A stretch of 64,000 nt of DNA, taken from IMG/VR virus record IMGVR_UViG_3300032893_000008, positions 55,224 through 119,223 of that record. One strand, given 5' to 3'. Under the pieces are notes generated by a model. It worked only from the letters and a program-made list of their open reading frames with translations. It was not told the origin of the DNA and searched no databases. A program made the position numbers and the translations under genes. This stretch comes from a virus. Shown piece by piece: positions 48,180-55,188 of the stretch (positions are counted from its first letter, which is position 1; each line of letters opens with the position of its first letter).

Positions 48180-48493
48180 TCCTCTTCGAAGCTGATAGGT
48201 GTCGTGGAAACCATTCTCTGGGTGTGCTTCTCCAGGAGTTCGTCCATCTGCTCGGGCGTGAAGGGCTTGGCGTTGTAGCCGAACGGCGGGTAGTTCGCGG
48301 GGTTATAGCCCGCATCGAAGAATTCCTGAAGCGTAGGTCCGAGATCCGCTTCGACCGCTTCGTCTTCGAAGAGCTTCATCAGGGTCGAACGAGGGATATT
48401 CACCTCATTCGGAAAGCCCGCGAGGCGAATCGTAAGAGTATCGCTCGGGACGTCGACTTCCAGTTCGTAGCCTTTGTGGGTAGCCTTGCTCAT
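48176..48493 (-). CDS. Hypothetical protein
   Basis: Coupled in operon; ATG 48493. Confidence 0.55.
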   Translation of the reverse strand: MSKATHKGYELEVDVPSDTLTIRLAGFPNEVNIPRSTLMKLFEDEAVEADLGPTLQEFFDAGYNPANYPPFGYNAKPFTPEQMDELLEKHTQRMVSTTPISFEEE

Positions 48494-49119
48494 AGTTCCA
48501 CCACGATCGGAGGGTTGATGGGGCTGTAGTGCACGTCGCACGTCGAAGCGTTCACGAAAATATGGCCGTTCTCGGGGTGCTGCCAGATGCCGTAAGACTC
48601 ATGGATGTGGCCGAAAACGTGCAGCTTGAGGTCCTTCAGTTCCGTGAGCCGGCTCGAAAGGGACTTGGAGCCTACTCGCTCGCCTCGCTGAACCAGGTCC
48701 ATGATATCGAGCGGCGGTCCGTGGGTAATCAGCACCTGGGTGTCGTTCGGGATCTTGGCCCACTGTTCGGCCAGGCGCGCTTCATTGCCCATGAAGGCCC
48801 AGTCACCGAACTCAGCCGACCACGGGGAACCCCAGAACTTGACACCCTCGATTTCGATGCCGGAGTCTTCCAAGTAGGTCACGTCCGAGAGGATCAGGCG
48901 AGCTTGATCGGGGTGATTCTGGAAGAGGAAATCGTGATTGCCGGCGATGACGATTTTGTGCTTATGGGGAAGCGCAGCCATCCAGGAGTTGAAGTCCCGG
49001 ATCGCATTCGGCTGCCCGTGGTTGGAGAAATCACCGGCGTGGATTAGCACGTCCCCGTCAGGGACTTCCACTCGACGATGGAACTGATGCGTGTCGGAGA
49101 TGCAGACGATCTTCACCAA
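48490..49119 (-). CDS. Calcineurin-like metallophosphoesterase
   Basis: SDTH, AGDFS, AGNHD, THGPP, GHIHE. Confidence 0.9.
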   Translation of the reverse strand: MVKIVCISDTHQFHRRVEVPDGDVLIHAGDFSNHGQPNAIRDFNSWMAALPHKHKIVIAGNHDFLFQNHPDQARLILSDVTYLEDSGIEIEGVKFWGSPWSAEFGDWAFMGNEARLAEQWAKIPNDTQVLITHGPPLDIMDLVQRGERVGSKSLSSRLTELKDLKLHVFGHIHESYGIWQHPENGHIFVNASTCDVHYSPINPPIVVEL

Positions 49120-49352
49120 GACTCCGAGGTTTTCTTCTCAGTGATTTTCTGGCTGATGGAGAGCGTAACCGCGGCCTCATGGAGCAGGGCGGCGAGTTTT
49201 ATCAAATTGGCGGGTTTGGAAGAAGAGAGTCGGAGGATGCCACCAAAGCTGGTCAAAAGAACGGAAGGCTCGGGAGTTCCTCCCGGGGAGATAAACATCC
49301 CGGCCTGAATCAGCTCGTCGACATCGATTTCGGTCTTCACGGGAGTAACCAT
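49113..49352 (-). CDS. Hypothetical protein
   Basis: GCGGTATCAT-6nt-ATG. Confidence 0.55.
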   Translation of the reverse strand: MVTPVKTEIDVDELIQAGMFISPGGTPEPSVLLTSFGGILRLSSSKPANLIKLAALLHEAAVTLSISQKITEKKTSESW

Positions 49353-49380
49353 GCCCTGATGATACCGCCGCCGGCGAGTT

Positions 49381-49884
49381 TTACTTGTAATGGTAGGCGT
49401 CCGCTTTCGCCCAGACTTCTGTAGCTTGATGGTAGGGGTCCCAAGCTACCCTTAGTTCGGGGTGCTCATGGCAGTAGAGATGCCCTAGCTCATGGACTAG
49501 CGTGCGTTCCCATTCTTTATCCTGTAAGTTCTCGTCCTTCCAGGAAACTCGAATGTCCCGAACATCTACCGCTACGACGCCCATGACAACTTTCTCTATC
49601 CATTCAATTGTAGGAGCCCAGGGATCTTTCGGATAGAGGATAGTGAACCAATCGGGAACGAAGCGAAAGTCGTATTGCGCCAAGAGCTGATCGGAGAGTC
49701 CCCAGAAGGCTTGAGCAGATCGGAATTTCGCAAGCAGCTCATCGTAGTAGGGCGTGCTACCGCAAAGCGCTACCTCCACAGAATGCCCGATACCTAGATC
49801 AACTACGATAGACGCTGGCGAAGTAAGCTTAGGAAGGAAAGCTCTAGCTACGAAAACATGAAGATTGTAGAGAAATCGGCGCAC
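49381..49884 (-). CDS. HExxH metallopeptidase-like protein
   Basis: TLVHELGH; GGTAGAAT-6nt-GTG. Confidence 0.6.
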   Translation of the reverse strand: MRRFLYNLHVFVARAFLPKLTSPASIVVDLGIGHSVEVALCGSTPYYDELLAKFRSAQAFWGLSDQLLAQYDFRFVPDWFTILYPKDPWAPTIEWIEKVVMGVVAVDVRDIRVSWKDENLQDKEWERTLVHELGHLYCHEHPELRVAWDPYHQATEVWAKADAYHYK

Positions 49885-49901
49885 GCCGATATTCTACCCG
49901 A

Positions 49902-50339
49902 TTACGTGAGCGGCGGAATGGCCGGCGCTCTCTCATCCCACCAAGCGATTCCGATGAAAGTCCAGGTTTCGGAGCCCATACCGCGGGCCGAAACACGACC
50001 AGAGCGCCGAGTCATCTGGGCTCGATCTACGTAGAGGATCGTGGCGTCGGTCAAGCGATCACGGATCTCGATCGTGCAATATGGCTGCCGCATGGCGTTC
50101 AGGACCGTCGGAAACAGGCGCGATAGCGTCGGAGAGCCGTTGGGAATTCGCAAACCAGAGGCCACGACTTGGACTGAAATCTGGCCGGGGGTCAGCTCAG
50201 CCGGGAGCGAATTGTCGATTTCTCTCAATGGCTTAAACTCGCTTTCGATCGAGTAGGAGACGTCCGTCGCGAAAACGACGAGGTCGCCGTTCAGTTTCAG
50301 GATCGCGCGAGCGCCAGTTAGGACCTTGGGAGTAGCCAC
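49902..50339 (-). CDS. Tail tube-like protein (paralog 2)
   Basis: MATPKVLTGARAILKLNG..VFATDVSY..IEIRDRLTD mirrors 54100-54597. Confidence 0.7.
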   Translation of the reverse strand: MATPKVLTGARAILKLNGDLVVFATDVSYSIESEFKPLREIDNSLPAELTPGQISVQVVASGLRIPNGSPTLSRLFPTVLNAMRQPYCTIEIRDRLTDATILYVDRAQMTRRSGRVSARGMGSETWTFIGIAWWDERAPAIPPLT

Positions 50340-50389
50340 GGGGTCAATTTTACCTGGACTTTGTCCGTTGGGGATGGTAGGATCACGGT

Positions 50390-50638
50390 ATGCTGCTCGC
50401 CGAAGGCGATATCGTCAGATACATCGGAAAGGGCTACGACCGACCCGCACCTCGTTTCCCCAATTCAAATGATCGCGGAGTAGTCACCAGAGTCTACAAG
50501 GACAAAGCTTACGGAAGAGACATGGCTGTAGTGCTTTGGGAACGCTCTTCTGAAGGTATCCTCAATAAGCTCCTCCAATCGAACCTTCGCCGCATTACCG
50601 GCCTGGACGTCGCGATGGAAGTCCTGGACGAACTATGA
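50390..50638 (+). CDS. Small SH3-like protein, C-terminal TGLDVAM motif
   Basis: EGDIVRY..GVVTRV..VVLW; GGTAGGAT-6nt-ATG. Confidence 0.7.
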   Translation: MLLAEGDIVRYIGKGYDRPAPRFPNSNDRGVVTRVYKDKAYGRDMAVVLWERSSEGILNKLLQSNLRRITGLDVAMEVLDEL

Positions 50639-50922
50639 TCAGGGTCAGGAAGCCGGCAGGAGAACTCGAATTCGGGACCTTGGTGAGGATCAACAACCCC
50701 GGTTACGTCGAATATGGGGAGATCGCGGAAATCATTGGAATTTCCCGCCCATCGGCGGTTGCGGTTGATGATCACCTGAGATACGGAGTGCGTTTCAGGA
50801 GCAAAAGCGAGCTTTGGTATGATTCCGAGCTACTCGCGCCTCTAAACGGCCTAGACATCGCCATGATGACCCTAGACTCTCTCGCGCAGCAGGACGTCCA
50901 GAACGTCGAAGATGACGTCTAA
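50635..50922 (+). CDS. Small SH3-like protein, C-terminal NGLDIAM motif
   Basis: FGTLVRI..GEIAEI..YGVRF..WY..ELL. Confidence 0.7.
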   Translation: MIRVRKPAGELEFGTLVRINNPGYVEYGEIAEIIGISRPSAVAVDDHLRYGVRFRSKSELWYDSELLAPLNGLDIAMMTLDSLAQQDVQNVEDDV

Positions 50923-51156
50923 CGGGTTCCGGATGGCCAGGTCTTCTATCCTGACCCAATGGATCGCCTGACAGCGCCCGGGCAGGGTGCAATACCCGCA
51001 TGAATCGAACTTGATCCGAACGACCCCCATGGAACCCTCCCTAGGCTCCGCAGCTACGACTACGCCGTAATGGCCGGCGGACCAGGACTTCTTACCATCC
51101 TGGGTCTTCAAGTCATCCCGGACCCGAGTCCGGCAGCCGATGGGAAAAAGATCCAT
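50872..51156 (-). CDS. Small SH3-like protein, C-terminal NPLDVIF motif
   Basis: FPIGCRTRV..GVVV..VRIKFD..WVRIEDL; GCTAAAAT-6nt-ATG. Confidence 0.7.
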   Translation of the reverse strand: MDLFPIGCRTRVRDDLKTQDGKKSWSAGHYGVVVAAEPREGSMGVVRIKFDSCGYCTLPGRCQAIHWVRIEDLAIRNPLDVIFDVLDVLLRERV

Positions 51157-51205
51157 GCTTGAATTTTAGCTTGACGGGGATCGCTCCGGGCGGTAATATC
51201 AGATC

Positions 51206-51736
51206 ATGAGCTACGAAAACGCCCCCGCCACGAAGCTCCTCGCCACGCACTGCGCGGCCTGCTCCCGCCCGCTGGTCGATGCGATCTCGGTCGAAGTCGG
51301 CGTCGGTCCCGAGTGCCGCAAGAAGTATGGCCTCCCGGATACCCTGGACGAGGCCACGCGCGCCGAAGCCAACAAGATCGTCTACCAGATCGCCATGGAG
51401 CAGGACTCCTTCGAAGCCCTCCTCGGCGCCATGAAGCTCAAGGTCCTCGGGTGCCACAAGATGGCGGATCGCGTCATCGAGCGCCTCGCGACCGTCAAGA
51501 TCAGCGAAGCCGACGGCAAGGTCTACGTCGACTCGCCCTACAACGAAGCCGCGCTCCCCGCCTGGCGCCGCGTGCCCGGCCGGTCCATGACCAAGGACGC
51601 GAACGGGAAGTGGACGACGCCGTCCTTCCCGGCCAGCTCCAAGCGCGCGATTCTCGACGTCCTCAACACCTACTACGCTGGCGCGCTCGCCGTTGGTCCC
51701 AAGGGCCCGTTCGTGGTCGGAAAGGCGGCAGCGTGA
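51206..51736 (+). CDS. DUF6011-like Zn-finger protein
   Basis: CAACSRPLVDAISVEVGVGPECRK; TTGACG-17-TAATAT-6nt-ATG. Confidence 0.7.
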   Translation: MSYENAPATKLLATHCAACSRPLVDAISVEVGVGPECRKKYGLPDTLDEATRAEANKIVYQIAMEQDSFEALLGAMKLKVLGCHKMADRVIERLATVKISEADGKVYVDSPYNEAALPAWRRVPGRSMTKDANGKWTTPSFPASSKRAILDVLNTYYAGALAVGPKGPFVVGKAAA

Positions 51737-51939
51737 ACACCTGTAGCCGCTGTGGAGAGGAATTCTGGGACGCCGAGGGCGACCCGAACGGCGACCACGT
51801 CGACGTCAAAGAGTGCGTGAGGCACCTGAAGGAGTCGAACGACGCTCTGAAGACACAGATCGAAAACCTGGAAACGCGCTTCAAACGCGTGGTCAGTCGT
51901 CACAACCTCGATGACTCCAAATACGGAAGGGGCTGGTAG
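51733..51939 (+). CDS. Zn-finger/coiled-coil small protein
   Basis: CSRC..H..C; GTGA-coupled. Confidence 0.55.
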   Translation: MNTCSRCGEEFWDAEGDPNGDHVDVKECVRHLKESNDALKTQIENLETRFKRVVSRHNLDDSKYGRGW

Positions 51940-52224
51940 ATGAACACCAACTGGACCGCCCTCGGCGCCGCCAAGGCCAAGGCCATGCGGAAGCAGTATC
52001 GGGCGAACTTCGTCCCCAAGCTCATCGTCGAAATGTGGGATGGCACGCCCTACGTCTACTTCGAAGATGATCCGGAGCATCATTTCTCCGCGGAACAGGA
52101 GCGCCTGGACAGGGATTCCAAGCGCATCGACGGCGATCTGCTCCGGGATGACTGCGACTTGACCACCGTTCATGACCAGGATGAAAACTGGCACATGGTC
52201 ATCGACTTCGGGAAGCCTCAATGA
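51940..52224 (+). CDS. Hypothetical protein
   Basis: Operon context. Confidence 0.5.
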   Translation: MNTNWTALGAAKAKAMRKQYRANFVPKLIVEMWDGTPYVYFEDDPEHHFSAEQERLDRDSKRIDGDLLRDDCDLTTVHDQDENWHMVIDFGKPQ

Positions 52225-52418
52225 TGACGATGTGGAAAGCCGAGAATGGGGACTGGACGCTGACGCGCGCCGAGAAGCCGATGTGTTTCAAGTGCTCCAC
52301 CGCCAAAGCGAATGACGGCGAGCCCGTCAAGCCGGCGCGGATGGAGTTCGTCGACGCCCAGAAAACCGAAGCGAAGTGCACGGGATGCGGTAAGGTGTTC
52401 TACCGAGAGGTCGCGTAA
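52221..52418 (+). CDS. Zinc-ribbon protein
   Basis: CFKC..CTGC. Confidence 0.55.
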   Translation: MMTMWKAENGDWTLTRAEKPMCFKCSTAKANDGEPVKPARMEFVDAQKTEAKCTGCGKVFYREVA

Positions 52419-52490
52419 CTCCCGAGGCACGAATCGAACGTGCGTCTGCCGGTTCAAAGCCGGCGGTCCTAGCCACTGAACGACTCGGAA
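52419..52490 (-). tRNA. tRNA-Gln(UUG)
   Basis: Full cloverleaf: GCCGG-CTTTGAA-CCGGC; GCACG-TTCGATT-CGTGC; no encoded CCA. Confidence 0.9.
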
Positions 52491-52561
52491 CTAGCGAGGA
52501 AGGGGTCGAACCTTCACTTTCGCGCTCAGAACGCGACGTGCTACCGCTACACTACCCGCCA
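52491..52561 (-). tRNA. tRNA-Gln(CUG)
   Basis: TCGCG-TTCTGAG-CGCGA; GAAGG-TTCGACC-CCTTC. Confidence 0.88.
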
Positions 52562-52634
52562 TGGCTTCGTAGGGAATCGCACCCTCTTCCCCGGTTTAAA
52601 AGACCGGTGCTCATCTGACTAAAGCTTCGAAGCC
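52562..52634 (-). tRNA. tRNA-Lys(UUU), atypical
   Basis: CCGGT-CTTTTAA-ACCGG; T-loop TGCGATT, A at position 8, D-loop lacks GG. Confidence 0.75.
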
Positions 52635-52636
52635 GA

Positions 52637-52707
52637 TCTGGGTGGCGAGAATCGAACTCGCTCTTTCGGGTTCCAGGCCCGGAATGCAACCACTACACCA
52701 CACCCAG
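52637..52707 (-). tRNA. tRNA-Pro(UGG)
   Basis: CTGGGTG/CACCCAG-A; loop CCTGGAA (C33); GCGAG-TTCGATT-CTCGC. Confidence 0.82.
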
Positions 52708-52728
52708 TAAACTACACGAACCGCGCGC

Positions 52729-52893
52729 TTAGCGCCGCGGCTGTTTGGGTCGAGGTGGTTGCTGTCGAGGTGGTTGCTGTCGAAGGAGCTTCCAAGCGCG
52801 CTTCGGGAGATAGCGACGAGCTTCCGACACTTCCAGAGAACCGCTCTGGAAGGTGTAGAGTGCGAAAGCTTGCTTGGGCGTCAAGTAGATCAT
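52729..52893 (-). CDS. 54-aa basic peptide upstream of tRNA array
   Basis: MIYLTPKQAFALYTF...LRQQPPRQQPPRPKQPRR; 15-bp tandem repeat is in frame. Confidence 0.4.
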   Translation of the reverse strand: MIYLTPKQAFALYTFQSGSLEVSEARRYLPKRAWKLLRQQPPRQQPPRPKQPRR

Positions 52894-53020
52894 CTCGGTA
52901 AAATCCCCGGGCGGTTTGCGCCGCCCGGGGCCGGTGTTTGAACGCTTCTCGTCTTTGGGTGCTGCTCGTAGCGGGCTCTAGATCCTCTACGCCAGGATTA
53001 TACCGCGTCCTCCTAGGAGT

Positions 53021-53572
53021 TCAAGGCGTGATGCGACGAAAATTTATCGAGGTCGAGACGATCCGATGGAGGTCTTCTGGGGATACCGAATGCTCATCCA
53101 GATCGCCGAACTCCTTCGGAAACAGCTCCTGCAAATAGAACCAGACCACCTGGGAGCAGATAGCGCCCTGCTCGATCGGGTCGTGGAACCGCAGCCCCAT
53201 CTTGGCAGCCAGGATCTTCATCGCGATCCCGAGCAACTCGAAATAGCCGTAGGTCACGCCCTCGAAACGTTCCTGCGCCTTGGCTAAGGCAGCATCGACC
53301 GCTGGCGCATTCGCCATGGGCTGCCACAGTTCCGTAGGCACTACAGCAGGGTTGGAATACTCGCGCCAGGTGCGGAAGTCCGTGCCGCCGGCGTTTGCCT
53401 CCATCAGATAGACCCGATCCATGAAGACGTCCGTGATTACGAAGGTGTGCGACCACTTCGACTTCGTAAACCAACGGATAATCTTAGAGATCTGGGAATG
53501 GTTATTGGTAGCGAAGCCGATGACACCTCGCTTCCGGATCACTTCTTTGCCATTCAACGTTACGATAGCCAT
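53021..53572 (-). CDS. Permuted papain-like NlpC/P60 (YiiX/YebB-like) enzyme
   Basis: IRWFTKSKWSH..., ICSQVV, VSPEDL; SD AGGAGG. Confidence 0.8.
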   Translation of the reverse strand: MAIVTLNGKEVIRKRGVIGFATNNHSQISKIIRWFTKSKWSHTFVITDVFMDRVYLMEANAGGTDFRTWREYSNPAVVPTELWQPMANAPAVDAALAKAQERFEGVTYGYFELLGIAMKILAAKMGLRFHDPIEQGAICSQVVWFYLQELFPKEFGDLDEHSVSPEDLHRIVSTSINFRRITP

Positions 53573-53582
53573 GGTGCCTCCT

Positions 53583-53622
53583 TAAAACAGCAGGGACTAC
53601 CTCAGCGAAGAGGCAGTCCCTG
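53583..53622 (-). terminator. Intrinsic terminator
   Basis: CAGGGACTGCCTC-TTCGCT-GAGGTAGTCCCTG then CTGTTTT. Confidence 0.6.
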
Positions 53623-53645
53623 GTATCCGTCCATCCCGAACGGTT

Positions 53646-54086
53646 TTAGGTCTTGGCAAAGATACCAGACTGGTAGGTCATCCACCAGTCGGTGCCGTCG
53701 CACTGGAGGGTGATCGTATCACCCACGACTGCAGTGCCCTGGGTGTTCACGAGTGACCCTGTGCTGGCAGTCGAAGTGAGCGCCGTCCCGGTAGCGGAGG
53801 TCTTCGCATGCATTACGGCCGTGGCATCGCCGGGGAGAATGGTCATCCCGGTCGAAGCGTTACCGCACACGAACGTGAACTTCAGACCAGCTTCGGCCGG
53901 CGGAAGCGTGAACTGCTGGTTGCCGGAGCCCTTCTTGGCGATGAAAACGCCACCGGACTGAGCCGCACCGAGAACCAGGTCGGCAGTGCCACCCACGGGG
54001 GACGGGCCCTTATAGCCGGAACCGAAAACGGCCGGCTTGGGCATACCGGGCGGGAGAGAAGGACCGTGCTGATCGAGAAGGAACAT
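53646..54086 (-). CDS. Virion decoration/structural protein (putative)
   Basis: FTLPPAEAGLKFTF..GDTITLQCDGTDW; follows tail tube. Confidence 0.55.
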   Translation of the reverse strand: MFLLDQHGPSLPPGMPKPAVFGSGYKGPSPVGGTADLVLGAAQSGGVFIAKKGSGNQQFTLPPAEAGLKFTFVCGNASTGMTILPGDATAVMHAKTSATGTALTSTASTGSLVNTQGTAVVGDTITLQCDGTDWWMTYQSGIFAKT

Positions 54087-54099
54087 GTTTCTACCTCAG

Positions 54100-54597
54100 T
54101 TAGATAGCGGCTTCGTTGTTGGGGGGCGTAGTGCCAGGGGCGCTCGACTCGGCCTGCGGGCCGGTGTCGGAATCCTCAGCGATGATGCCGACGAAGTTCC
54201 ACGCTTCGGAGAGCATGTCGCGAGCACCCATGGTGCCCGAGCGCTCCGTCATGCGGGCGCGGCTAACGAGGACGACGACTTCGTCCGTCGCGCGATCGAT
54301 CACTTCGATCGAAAGCTCTTCCTTGTTGATGATGTCCTGGACGCGAGGAAAAATCGCGATACCAGGGGCCGCCGGGGAGTTACCCGTGCCGCCTTTGCCG
54401 GTGAAACGCATCGTGCCAGCTGTCAGCGTGACGTCCAGGCCCAGGGGCTCGTGGCGAGCGACCGAGTAGCGCCCCAGAACGTTAACCGCTCCGTGCGGAA
54501 CAGCGATACGGTAGCCGACGTTGGTTGCGAAAGCGACGATTTTCCCATTAATGCGAAAAATCGCGCGAGCACCGGTCATTATCTTGGGCACGGCCAT
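54100..54597 (-). CDS. Tail tube protein
   Basis: Downstream of sheath; TGARAIFRING..AFATNV; SD AAGGA. Confidence 0.75.
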   Translation of the reverse strand: MAVPKIMTGARAIFRINGKIVAFATNVGYRIAVPHGAVNVLGRYSVARHEPLGLDVTLTAGTMRFTGKGGTGNSPAAPGIAIFPRVQDIINKEELSIEVIDRATDEVVVLVSRARMTERSGTMGARDMLSEAWNFVGIIAEDSDTGPQAESSAPGTTPPNNEAAI

Positions 54598-54598
54598 G

Positions 54599-54748
54599 TT
54601 ATTGATTTCCTTTAGTTTTCGTCAAACGTTGCCCGAGACGAATCTTACTCACATACTGGTGAGTGATTCCGAATACTGAACGCTCAGACGAGCCCACATA
54701 GACTTTGCCGTCCTTCTTATTGGCAATGATGTAGACTCCAGTGGTCAC
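54599..54748 (-). pseudogene. Internally deleted GIY-YIG homing endonuclease remnant (49 aa)
   Basis: MTTGVYIIANKKDGKVYVGSS joined directly to HTH-like end FGITHQYVSKIRLGQR; GGTAGGAT-6nt-GTG. Confidence 0.6.
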
Positions 54749-54776
54749 TCTTCTATCCTACCTGGTGATCCTTCGG

Positions 54777-55175
54777 TTAGCCGCCCACGCCAGCGGTCAC
54801 GGGCATAGCGCCCTTGGTGCCGGACCCAACGCCGGCGATGTCGGAACCTCCGACTGCGGAGCGAGCGGCGCCAGTGATTCCACCACCAGTGGCGGGAGCA
54901 GCGGGCTTCGCGGCCGCGGCCGGGCTCGCGGGAGCGGGCGTAGGAGCGGGGGTCGGAGCGGCAGCGGCAGCAGCGCCGTTAGCCTTCTTGACCTTTTCTT
55001 CCTCTTCAGCGATGGACTTACGAACCCCCTGGAACTTGGCCATAGCCATCTCCAGGAAGCGAGGGTCCGCTAGCTCAACTTTGGTGATGAGCGTGCGATG
55101 CTCACTCTCCGGGAGTTCCCCCTTGCGGAGGAGTCCGTCGATCTGTTCGATTAGCTTCTTCTTGATGTCTGCCAT
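54777..55175 (-). CDS. Hypothetical protein with Ala/Pro/Gly-rich tail
   Basis: SD AGGA; directly after sheath. Confidence 0.6.
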   Translation of the reverse strand: MADIKKKLIEQIDGLLRKGELPESEHRTLITKVELADPRFLEMAMAKFQGVRKSIAEEEEKVKKANGAAAAAAPTPAPTPAPASPAAAAKPAAPATGGGITGAARSAVGGSDIAGVGSGTKGAMPVTAGVGG

Positions 55176-55188
55176 GGATCAGGTTTCC

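Noticed and set aside
48490-49119. SbcD/Mre11 partner of the SbcC gene
   Set aside because: Short stand-alone phosphoesterase with THGPP motif, no capping domain, 34 kb away
52749-52783. 15-bp tandem repeat GTCGAGGTGGTTGCT as mini-CRISPR or iteron
   Set aside because: Only 2.3 adjacent copies with no spacer; explained as RQQPP repeats in a small ORF
52965-52992. preQ1-I riboswitch (AGAGGATCTAG resemblance on - strand)
   Set aside because: Lacks the A-rich 3' tail and pseudoknot partner
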